Positions 27,776-35,467 of a DNA stretch of 57,628 bases are shown piece after piece. Made by a program: the position numbers and the translations under genes. Numbering within the stretch: position 1 is the first letter of the stretch; each line of letters starts with the position of its first letter. The stretch comes from a virus (lineage: Duplodnaviria > Caudoviricetes), in the IMG/VR virus record IMGVR_UViG_3300038520_002118, positions 1 to 57,628 of that record; one strand, written 5' to 3'. The notes under the pieces are model-generated. The model was not told the DNA's origin. It did not search any database and saw only the letters and a list, made by a program, of their open reading frames with translations.

Positions 27776-27830
27776 CGGTCAGTGTGACCGATACAGCGCA
27801 CCACTGGGATGCGCTGAGGCAGGACACTGA
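27776..27830 (-). ncRNA. Repeated intergenic structured element, copy D
   Basis: UCAGUGU CCUGCC U[CAGCGCAUC CCAGU GGUGCGCUG] UAUCGGUC ACACU GACCG. Confidence 0.75.
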
Positions 27831-28061
27831 TTAGGCTATGACTCCCAGACCATCGCACTCTAGCGCCACGAATGTGAACGCCTTTGCGTCCGACAGTGTC
27901 GGGAAGATGCAGTACTCTGAGTAGGATGATCTCCAACCTTCTTGGTCAGACCCGTAAACGCCCGCCTTGTAGATTTCAAGACGGCCATTCGATGCGTCCC
28001 AGTCATGGTTGATGACCTCATAGATTCCTGAATCAATACGCTTGAGTTTGAGTGTTTTCAT
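27831..28061 (-). CDS. Hypothetical protein
   Basis: Start MKTLKL after GAGGAG RBS; FPTLSDAKAF motif. Confidence 0.7.
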   Translation of the reverse strand: MKTLKLKRIDSGIYEVINHDWDASNGRLEIYKAGVYGSDQEGWRSSYSEYCIFPTLSDAKAFTFVALECDGLGVIA

Positions 28062-28071
28062 GATTGTCTCC

Positions 28072-28392
28072 TCAGGAGTAGTCAGGTGTGACGATCTGTT
28101 CAGCCACAAGCGCCTTGATCACAGCGCTTTGAAGCTCATGACGAACCTTGTGGGCACTGGCAGAGACACGCTTACGGCCATAGCCATTTGGGTTCTTGAT
28201 AGTTGCTCCCCCCAGTTTGAAAGCGTGTTGGAAGTCCATCATCCCGTACTTAGCCTTTGGCTGAAAGCCATCATCAAAGGTGCCTGCAACCTGATAGGTG
28301 CGGCGATTGGGAAGAGTGACAACCGCATGGAAAGAAGTGAATCCTTCAAACGGCTTGAGCTCAGTGATGGTGGTTGATGCATAATCAGTCAT
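28072..28392 (-). CDS. Hypothetical protein (first gene of early operon)
   Basis: Start MTDYAS after GAGG RBS; the longer 203-aa track ORF lacks an RBS. Confidence 0.7.
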   Translation of the reverse strand: MTDYASTTITELKPFEGFTSFHAVVTLPNRRTYQVAGTFDDGFQPKAKYGMMDFQHAFKLGGATIKNPNGYGRKRVSASAHKVRHELQSAVIKALVAEQIVTPDYS

Positions 28393-28958
28393 GATAGTTT
28401 CCTCTGTGTTTCGCGGATACTGCCGCACATCAGTGACGCTGGTAGCGCCAGACACAAAGAGGCAGGCATTCCAACCCGCCTCGACACGAAAACCCCGAAC
28501 CAACTTGCAAGCGCTCAGGGTAGTTCCAACATTGACGAATGACTCAGTACAGGGCACTGCTGGTCTCACTTGGTCAGGGTCACCCCCCAACGCATCCGAT
28601 TCACACGATCTGCTTGCCAGCTTGGCACAGGCACCGCCTGTCACCGTCTCCCATCTCTCGCAGTTCCTGCGGGCGACAATCACACCGAAATGGGTAGCGT
28701 GATCGCTTGTAGCCGTTCTGCGTCAGGTCTGGTATGACCGATGGTCTGCCAGCTCACCGACTCGCCTGAAATGGCGTGGGCCTGTGTGGGAGTCCGTGAT
28801 GTCCACTGAGTGGAGGCATCAGGGCTTGGCCATGGCCAGCATAGGATCGCTCCACTAAGCTGGTTGGTCAGTCAACATAGGATCGCTCCACTAAGCTGAA
28901 TGACCGGCCCTCTCCGGCCCAAGGTGCGAATCCCAGATCGGGTAGAGCACCTTTCGAT
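28393..28958 (-). ncRNA. Candidate large structured leader RNA (~565 nt)
   Basis: Promoter upstream, no credible ORF, about 10 hand-paired hairpins, tandem GCGA-loop hairpins, 8-bp loop pseudoknot. Confidence 0.55.
28840..28898. repeat. 23-bp perfect direct repeat x2
   Basis: CATAGGATCGCTCCACTAAGCTG at 28840-28862 and 28876-28898. Confidence 0.95.
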
Positions 28959-28964
28959 TTGCCA

Positions 28965-28993
28965 ATTGAACCACAGGTAAAAACAGATAACAA
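28965..28993 (-). promoter_or_regulatory. Putative early sigma-70 promoter
   Basis: TTGTTA-17 nt-TTCAAT with TG extension and upstream T tracts (UP-like). Confidence 0.55.
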
Positions 28994-29060
28994 CACCTAT
29001 CGGCAAAAAAAAGTAAAAAAAGTTCATACGCCCAGAAAGTACACTGGTTGCAGGGATCAA

Positions 29061-29080
29061 AAAAGTTCACATGCACTTTT
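29061..29080. repeat. Dispersed palindrome site 11 (core GTTCACATGCAC)
   Basis: In divergent gap before TerS; half-site AAAAAAAGTTCATA at ~29015-29028. Confidence 0.9.
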
Positions 29081-29120
29081 TCAGCGCCCGAAACATTACC
29101 GCTGAGTAGAAGGGGATACA

Positions 29121-29594
29121 GTGGAAAGACTACAGGTGATCGCAGGCCAATCAATCAAGGGAGGCCTTACAGCCAAGCAGGATGCATTCGCTCAGGGCGT
29201 GGCAAACGGACAGACACTCAGCGAGGCATACAGGGCATCGTACAGTGCTGAAGGCATGAAGGACTCCAGCGTGTGGACAGAGGCCAGTAAGCTGATGGAT
29301 AACCCCAAGGTCTCCCAGAGGGTGTTATCGATTCAGAAGGCTCAGGAAGACAGGACACTGCATGATCAGGCTCGTTTGAAGAGATTGGTGCTGGAACGGC
29401 TCCATGCTGAGGCCATGCAGGCTGAGTCTGACAGTGCGCGGATCAGGGCTCTCGAACTGCTTGGTAAATCGATCGCCATGTTCACTGATCGGGTGGAGCA
29501 GGACGACACCAGCCGGAGTGCCGGAGAGATCGAGACAGAGCTCCAGAAGAAACTGGCTGACCTAGCACAGCGCTACGGGGGTACTGGTTCGTGA
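29121..29594 (+). CDS. Terminase small subunit
   Basis: LTAKQDAFA..SEAYRASY..ASKLMDNPKV..RALELLGK. Confidence 0.75.
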   Translation: MERLQVIAGQSIKGGLTAKQDAFAQGVANGQTLSEAYRASYSAEGMKDSSVWTEASKLMDNPKVSQRVLSIQKAQEDRTLHDQARLKRLVLERLHAEAMQAESDSARIRALELLGKSIAMFTDRVEQDDTSRSAGEIETELQKKLADLAQRYGGTGS

Positions 29595-29768
29595 TCTGGC
29601 TATCTGGCTGACCCCACCCACGGGGCACCCCCCTGCGCGGTCGTGGTGCACTGGCCGTACTACACACACTATTCCACACACCCAATCACAACACTTTCAT
29701 AAACCCCTTTTTTGCTATGGTTTATCGGATACTCTGCCTGAAGTAAGGGGTAGGGTACCCCCATAAAG

Positions 29769-29812
29769 AAAAAGCCCCGTAGAGAGCCTTAGAATCGCTC
29801 TGAAGGGGCTTT
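29769..29812 (-). terminator. Possible bidirectional terminator
   Basis: AAAAAGCCCC..GGGGCTTT inverted repeat between convergent genes. Confidence 0.5.
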
Positions 29813-29863
29813 GTGAATTGCGCCAAGGAACCATAAGCGCGGATCATTCTATTTATTAGCTAA

Positions 29864-30010
29864 TCACAGGTCCTTTGTCATCATTTCTAGCTGACGTTTA
29901 TGGACTTCCCTCAGGATACCAGAGTTAGCTATGTGATTTTCTGCTCTTGACAGTTGTGAACACTCGATAGCACGTCCCATAAGTTTGAAGAAACGAACAA
30001 AACTCCTCAT
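29864..30010 (-). CDS. 48-aa protein (not in ORF track)
   Basis: MRSFVRFFKLMGRAIECSQLSRAENHIANSGILREVHKRQLEMMTKDL; ATGA-coupled, GGAG RBS. Confidence 0.55.
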   Translation of the reverse strand: MRSFVRFFKLMGRAIECSQLSRAENHIANSGILREVHKRQLEMMTKDL

Positions 30011-30144
30011 TTCTTCTCCCCAGAGTACTTCTCTAGCTGATCAACCAACTGTGTTAGTGCATTTTCCCACTGATTTAGCGCCCATACAGTGTTCGTGCGG
30101 GCAACATTGAAAGATTTTGATACGAATTGCTTGAACTGCTCCAT
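30007..30144 (-). CDS. 45-aa amphipathic helical protein (not in ORF track)
   Basis: MEQFKQFVSKSFNVARTNTVWALNQWENALTQLVDQLEKYSGEKK; AAGGAG RBS. Confidence 0.6.
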   Translation of the reverse strand: MEQFKQFVSKSFNVARTNTVWALNQWENALTQLVDQLEKYSGEKK

Positions 30145-30155
30145 GTTCATCTCCT

Positions 30156-30211
30156 TTGTGCGGTGCAACATAGAGCAATCTTAGCATACTACTTTGTGCT
30201 TAGTTTATCGA
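30156..30211 (-). promoter_or_regulatory. Promoter plus TGC-N3-GCA (PhaR-like) box
   Basis: TCGATA-17 nt-TATGCT, then TGCACCGCACAA immediately before the RBS. Confidence 0.45.
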
Positions 30212-30349
30212 CTTCCCACCGAAGGAGAATTACGCGCCTCTCAAGTGAAGCAATCTTCTTGTACTTACGATCTAGGGACTTCTGAAGGAGGTTTAGCCAC
30301 GCAAGCTTAACCTTGTATACAAATGAGTTCATAATAAATATCCTGTTGC

Positions 30350-30411
30350 CTAAGGTATACCTTAGTGGTTTTATTATAGGAAGGTTTACCTTACTCTAGG
30401 TAAACCTAGAG
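30350..30411. repeat. Cluster of three AGGTWWACCT palindromes
   Basis: CTAAGGTATACCTTAG, AAGGTTTACCTT, CTCTAGGTAAACCTAGAG. Confidence 0.8.
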
Positions 30412-30455
30412 GGTAATTGTACCAGTGAAATTTTGTACTCGCAACGGAGGATAGA

Positions 30456-30599
30456 ATGATTAGGGCATACGCTGTAATTTTATTTGTTTTTGGCGCCACT
30501 GCCGGGGTTGGTTACTTCATGTCTGATGAGAGCAGGAACATAGGCTTCACCAACATCTGCGGGGAAGATAAATATTTTTGCACGAAGGATAGGTCATGA
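30456..30599 (+). CDS. 47-aa membrane-anchored protein (not in ORF track)
   Basis: GGAGG RBS; MIRAYAVILFVFGATAGVGYF..C..C; ATGA-coupled. Confidence 0.65.
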   Translation: MIRAYAVILFVFGATAGVGYFMSDESRNIGFTNICGEDKYFCTKDRS

Positions 30600-30817
30600 A
30601 AAAATTAATGAGATTCTTAGACCCGGCTCACAATGCACTTAAGGATTCGCCGCCGGAGTGGAAGTTTCTTGCCTCTATCGTACTAGCCACCTTTTGGTGC
30701 TTGGCGTTTGGCATCACAACCGGAGAGCTTTTGTTCATCGGATACAGCATCATAGGGCACTACGCGATCCTCTTCTGCATATTCTTGACTTGGAGCGTAT
30801 TCCGCCAAACAAGGTGA
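30596..30817 (+). CDS. Small 2-TM membrane protein
   Basis: Two hydrophobic segments. Confidence 0.7.
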   Translation: MKKLMRFLDPAHNALKDSPPEWKFLASIVLATFWCLAFGITTGELLFIGYSIIGHYAILFCIFLTWSVFRQTR

Positions 30818-30846
30818 AATGGGACTTAAACAAGGAGGCGTAGCCA

Positions 30847-30866
30847 AAAAGTGCATGTGAACCTTT
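30847..30866. repeat. Dispersed palindrome site 12 (core GTGCATGTGAAC)
   Basis: Lies over the -35 position of a TGCTACAAT extended -10 at 30872-30880. Confidence 0.85.
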
Positions 30867-30961
30867 TCTTGTGCTACAATAAAACCGTATTGCGCTCTCC
30901 TCCCGATTGTAAGCAAGACATGAGGGGCCCTTCGGGGCCCCTTCCCTACGCAAGGTAATTC

Positions 30962-31213
30962 ATGGCTGATATCATTAAGTTTCCCGGCGAAGAAACATTT
31001 CTTGAGCTAGACCCGAAAGAGATGTTAAGAAACGCGATAGACGAATATGATTTTGACAAGGTGATCTTGATAGGCACCGTCACTAAAAAAGATGGCAAGG
31101 GAAGAGCACTAGGTTCAGATCTAACGATATGCACTTCCACCAGCGATACAGCAGAGATAGTATTCCAGATTGAGATAGCCAAGAAGGCCCTTCTGGATGG
31201 AACAGAGTACTGA
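30962..31213 (+). CDS. Hypothetical protein
   Basis: ORF overlapping TerL start; preceded by UUCG hairpin 30922-30943. Confidence 0.7.
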   Translation: MADIIKFPGEETFLELDPKEMLRNAIDEYDFDKVILIGTVTKKDGKGRALGSDLTICTSTSDTAEIVFQIEIAKKALLDGTEY

Positions 31214-32714
31214 TCTCACTCAATACAAAGACCTCATACAGAAACTGCCCATCGAGGAACAGCGTGAACTGCTTGAACTCATGGAGAACCTGTCCGAAGC
31301 AAAGACCAGAGAGCTATCCAGACTAGACTTCCTAGAGTTTGTTCGTCATGTGTGGCCTGCGTTTATTGCTGGCGCCCATCACAAGACAATGGCTGACGCC
31401 TTCGAGAGGGTAGCCAAAGGTGAACTCAAGCGTCTGATCATCAACATGCCACCACGGCACACCAAATCAGAGTTCGCATCCTATCTTTTCCCTGCTTGGT
31501 TTCTTGGAAAATACCCTAACAAGAAGATTATCCAGACCGCGCATACAGCAGAACTGGCAGTGGGTTTTGGCCGGAAAGTAAGGAACCTGTTCGAGAACGA
31601 AGACTTCAAGCAGATCTTCCCTGATATCACCCTGTCAACGGACTCTAAAGCCGCAGGACGGTGGAACACCTCCAAGGGTGGTGACTATTTTGCGATTGGT
31701 GTTGGTGGCGCTGTAACTGGTAAAGGCGCGGACATCCTCATTATTGACGACCCCCACTCAGAGCAAGAAGCCGCTATAGGTGCATACAACCCTGAGGTGT
31801 ATGACAAGGTGTATGAGTGGTACACGTCCGGTCCAAGACAGCGTCTCCAGCCCGGTGGTGCAATTATTATTGTGATGACTAGATGGTCTGTGAGGGATCT
31901 CACGGGTCAGATCATCAAGAAATCTGTTGAGCGTGATGGATCTGATGACTGGGAAGTGATTGAGCTTCCTGCGATCATGCCTTCAGGCAATCCTTTGTGG
32001 CCGGAGTTCTGGCCCCTTGATCAATTGTCCGCATTGAAAGCGGAACTACCTGTATCGAAATGGTCTGCTCAGTATCAACAAAACCCCACCAGCGAAGAGG
32101 GCGCTTTGATCAAGCGAGAGTGGTGGAGGACATGGGACAGAGATGAGCCGCCGATATGTGACGCGATCATTCAAAGTTGGGATACGGCTTTTCTCAAGAC
32201 ACAGAGATCTGACTACTCCGCATGTACAACGTGGGGTATCTTCCATCACCCCAACGACTCCGGCAAGGAAGTGCCCAATTTGATATTATTAGATAGCTTC
32301 AAAGAGAAATATGAGTTCCCAGAACTGAAGCGTGTCGCTCATGAAACATATTGGGCTTGGGAACCTGACCAGATGATCGTTGAGAAAAAGGCGTCTGGAG
32401 CACCATTGATCTTTGAGTTAAGAGCTATGGGGATTCCTGTAACGGAGTTCACGCCCTCAAGAGGGCAGGATAAGATTGCCAGAGTCAATGCAGTCAGTGA
32501 CTTATTTGCATCTGGAGTGATATGGGCCCCTCCTACAAGATGGGCTGATGAGATAATAGAGGAGTGCGCCTCGTTTCCATCGGGTGAGCACGATGACTTA
32601 GTTGACTCTATGTCTCAAGCCCTGCTTAGATTTAGGCAAGGTGGATGGATTCGTTCTGAGATGGACGAATGGGAAGAACCACAATACCGATATCGGAAGG
32701 CTGAGTTTTACTAA
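31197..32714 (+). CDS. terL: Terminase large subunit
   Basis: MPPRHTKS Walker A, ILIIDDP Walker B, MTRW, SWDTA, HDDLVD nuclease motifs. Confidence 0.95.
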   Translation: MEQSTDLTQYKDLIQKLPIEEQRELLELMENLSEAKTRELSRLDFLEFVRHVWPAFIAGAHHKTMADAFERVAKGELKRLIINMPPRHTKSEFASYLFPAWFLGKYPNKKIIQTAHTAELAVGFGRKVRNLFENEDFKQIFPDITLSTDSKAAGRWNTSKGGDYFAIGVGGAVTGKGADILIIDDPHSEQEAAIGAYNPEVYDKVYEWYTSGPRQRLQPGGAIIIVMTRWSVRDLTGQIIKKSVERDGSDDWEVIELPAIMPSGNPLWPEFWPLDQLSALKAELPVSKWSAQYQQNPTSEEGALIKREWWRTWDRDEPPICDAIIQSWDTAFLKTQRSDYSACTTWGIFHHPNDSGKEVPNLILLDSFKEKYEFPELKRVAHETYWAWEPDQMIVEKKASGAPLIFELRAMGIPVTEFTPSRGQDKIARVNAVSDLFASGVIWAPPTRWADEIIEECASFPSGEHDDLVDSMSQALLRFRQGGWIRSEMDEWEEPQYRYRKAEFY

Positions 32715-35170
32715 TGGCTATTGAAAAACCAATGATCCCATCGAATGTTGTCGAGATTATGTCCGGCAACGAATCTGAAGAGCAGGTTGAGGTCGAAATA
32801 ATAAACCCTGACGCTGTCTCAATAGAGGACGAAGATGGGGGGATGACCATCGTCTTAGACCCCAGTATGCAAGAAGACATAATTGGTCCAGACCATATGT
32901 CAAACATCGCAGAGTTCATGGATGATGCGGATCTAGAAAACCTTGGTTCTGAGTTAGTACATCAGTTTCACAGTGACCGTCAGTCGAGGTCTGACTGGGC
33001 GAAGTCCTATGTGAAGGGACTAGACCTGATGGGACTCAAGATCGAGGAAAGGGATCAACCTTGGCCCGGAGCGTGTGGCGTATTTCACCCGCTACTTACA
33101 GAGTCAGTAATTCGTTTTCAGGCGCAGGCAATCACAGAAATCTTCCCAGCATCAGGGCCGGTAAGAACGAATATTGTTGGATCATTAGATGCGGACAAAG
33201 CAAAGCAGGCTGTCCGTGTCGAGAACGAAATGAACTATCTCACAACAGAGGTGATGACTGAGTACCGTGATGAGTTTGAGCAGATGCTGTTCAAGCTACC
33301 CTTGGCAGGCTCTGCCTTCAAAAAAATATACTATGACCCGATGCTCGAGCGTCCTGTAGCAATGTTTGTCCCAGCAGAAGACTTCGTTGTTTCTTATGGC
33401 GCGGCTGATTTAGACACAGCCATGCGTTACACACATGTGATGAAGAAGTCAGCGAACGATGTTCTCAAGCTGATGGTGTCTGGTTTCTACAAAGATGTTG
33501 ATCTCCCTGACCCAGCGCCAGAGATCTCTGACATCGAGGAGAAGTACGATGAGCTTGATGGTGAATCTGCGTACTCGATTGAGGATGATGACAGATACAC
33601 AATCCTTGAGATCCATACCGATCTTGATCTTCCGGGCGAGTTCGCAGACCCAGATGGAATTGCGAGACCGTATGTTGTCACGATTGATAAATCTTCAAGA
33701 ACAGTTCTCTCAATCAGGAAGAACTGGTATGAGGACGACAGCAAGAAAAAGAAGCTTCAACACTTTGTACACTATCGCTATCTGCCCGGACTTGGGTTCT
33801 ACGGGACTGGGCTTATTCATCTTATTGGTGGCTTAGCGAAGTCAGCAACATCCATACTGCGTCAGCTTGTTGATGCGGGAACTTTGGCTAATCTCCCTGC
33901 TGGGTTAAAAGCCAGAGGGTTACGCATCAAAGGTGATGACTCTCCTCTGATGCCCGGTGAGTTCAGAGACGTTGATATTCCCGGCGGCGCGATAAGAGAT
34001 AACATTTATCCGCTCCCATACAAAGAACCTTCTGGTGTTCTGTACAACTTGCTAGGTAATATTGTTGAGGAAGGGAGGCGTGTTGGCTCTGTAGCAGATC
34101 TAGACATAGCATCCTCGAACCCCAATGCCCCAGTCGGTACCACCCTCGCGTTGCTTGAGCGGAACATGAAGGTAATGTCTGGTGTACAGGCTCGTATGCA
34201 TTCCTCCATGCGTAACGAACTGCGTATCCTATCTCGCGTCATTCATGATTATATGCCCGCTGAGTATGACTATGAGTTAAACGGTAAGTTCAACAGGATT
34301 GATGATTTTGACGGGCGTGTTGATGTGCTTCCTGTCTCTGATCCAAATGCGGCAACCATGTCTCAAAGAGTCATGCAATATCAGGCGGCATTGCAATTAG
34401 CCCAACAAGCTCCACAGATTTACGACTTAGGTCAGTTGCATCGTCAGATGCTTGATGTTCTTGGAATACAGAACGCAGAGAAGATAGTGAAGTTGGATGA
34501 TGAGATCCAGCCAACAGACCCAGTGACAGAAAATCAACGAATTCTACAACAGGAGTCAGTCAAGGCGTTCGCATATCAAGACCATGAGGCCCACATACAG
34601 GTCCACATGGCGATGATGAACGATCCGAAGATTAAAGAGATGGTTGGCCAGAGCCCGTTTGCATCTGCTATTCAGGGCGCTATGATAGAGCACATCACAG
34701 AGCACGTAGCGCATCAGTATCGGAAAGAAATCGAGGAACAGTTAGGCGCTCCTCTTCCTGATCCAGATGCACCTATCCCAGAGGATGTTGAGTATGATCT
34801 TGCAGGAACAGTCGCTAAAGCCGCATCAAAACTATTACAGAAAGATCAGGCCGAGGCTCAAGCCGCGCAAGCTCAGCAACAAGCGCAAGACCCACTTACG
34901 CAGATACAGCAAAGGAAGATTGCCCTCGAAGAGGCAGAGTTTCAACATAAGAGGGAAGTTGACATGGCCAAGCTTGAGCTGGATAAACAGTCCAAGCAAG
35001 CTACCGTTGAGACAGAAAGAGAGCGTATCGATTCGCAAGAAAGGCAAGAAGGTGCAAGGCTTGGCGTTAAGATTGCGACTGAAAAAGATAAGCTTGAGCG
35101 CAGGGATCAGATCGAGGGCGCAAAATTAGGTGTTGAAATAGCGAAGTCAATTGCAGACAATAAATCCTGA
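32714..35170 (+). CDS. Portal protein
   Basis: 818 aa directly after TerL; GSAFKKIYYD, C-terminal coiled coil. Confidence 0.85.
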   Translation: MAIEKPMIPSNVVEIMSGNESEEQVEVEIINPDAVSIEDEDGGMTIVLDPSMQEDIIGPDHMSNIAEFMDDADLENLGSELVHQFHSDRQSRSDWAKSYVKGLDLMGLKIEERDQPWPGACGVFHPLLTESVIRFQAQAITEIFPASGPVRTNIVGSLDADKAKQAVRVENEMNYLTTEVMTEYRDEFEQMLFKLPLAGSAFKKIYYDPMLERPVAMFVPAEDFVVSYGAADLDTAMRYTHVMKKSANDVLKLMVSGFYKDVDLPDPAPEISDIEEKYDELDGESAYSIEDDDRYTILEIHTDLDLPGEFADPDGIARPYVVTIDKSSRTVLSIRKNWYEDDSKKKKLQHFVHYRYLPGLGFYGTGLIHLIGGLAKSATSILRQLVDAGTLANLPAGLKARGLRIKGDDSPLMPGEFRDVDIPGGAIRDNIYPLPYKEPSGVLYNLLGNIVEEGRRVGSVADLDIASSNPNAPVGTTLALLERNMKVMSGVQARMHSSMRNELRILSRVIHDYMPAEYDYELNGKFNRIDDFDGRVDVLPVSDPNAATMSQRVMQYQAALQLAQQAPQIYDLGQLHRQMLDVLGIQNAEKIVKLDDEIQPTDPVTENQRILQQESVKAFAYQDHEAHIQVHMAMMNDPKIKEMVGQSPFASAIQGAMIEHITEHVAHQYRKEIEEQLGAPLPDPDAPIPEDVEYDLAGTVAKAASKLLQKDQAEAQAAQAQQQAQDPLTQIQQRKIALEEAEFQHKREVDMAKLELDKQSKQATVETERERIDSQERQEGARLGVKIATEKDKLERRDQIEGAKLGVEIAKSIADNKS

Positions 35171-35190
35171 AAAAGTTCATATGCACTTTT
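35171..35190. repeat. Dispersed palindrome site 13 (core GTTCATATGCAC)
   Basis: Between portal stop and AGGAGG RBS. Confidence 0.9.
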
Positions 35191-35201
35191 TAGGAGGCTA
35201 G

Positions 35202-35384
35202 ATGACAGAGCTTGATTACATTCAAGATAAAATCCGAGGATACATGAACGACACCGCAGATCACATGGCGGGCGGTGGCTGTGAAGATCACTCACAGTAC
35301 AACTACATGTGCGGAATGATCAAAGCATTCGCTACTGTCGAAAGGGACATTATTGACCTCAAGGAAAAAATCGAAAAAGCGTGA
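35202..35384 (+). CDS. Hypothetical protein
   Basis: AGGAGG RBS. Confidence 0.75.
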   Translation: MTELDYIQDKIRGYMNDTADHMAGGGCEDHSQYNYMCGMIKAFATVERDIIDLKEKIEKA

Positions 35385-35467
35385 ATGCGTGTTGATATAA
35401 TCAGATATTGGTTTACGCCACTATGGCGCAGGCACTACGGGCCTTAATCGTAAGCAAAGGAAACCAA

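Noticed and set aside
23782-27830. Twister, pistol, HDV-like ribozyme or integron attC identity for the repeated element
   Set aside because: Lacks twister UAA/GAGGG, pistol P3, the HDV nested double pseudoknot, and attC RYYYAAC/GTTRRRY ends; no integrase
28393-28683. N-terminal extension giving a 203-aa protein
   Set aside because: No RBS at the upstream GTG; a clear GAGG precedes ATG 28392; the region is better explained as structured RNA
28840-28898. Mini CRISPR array (with Cas4-like gene at 19011)
   Set aside because: Only two repeats with a 13-bp spacer; the nuclease sits in a recombination module and no other cas genes are seen
30922-30943. Terminator
   Set aside because: UUCG hairpin without a U-tract on either strand; more likely a 5' stabiliser
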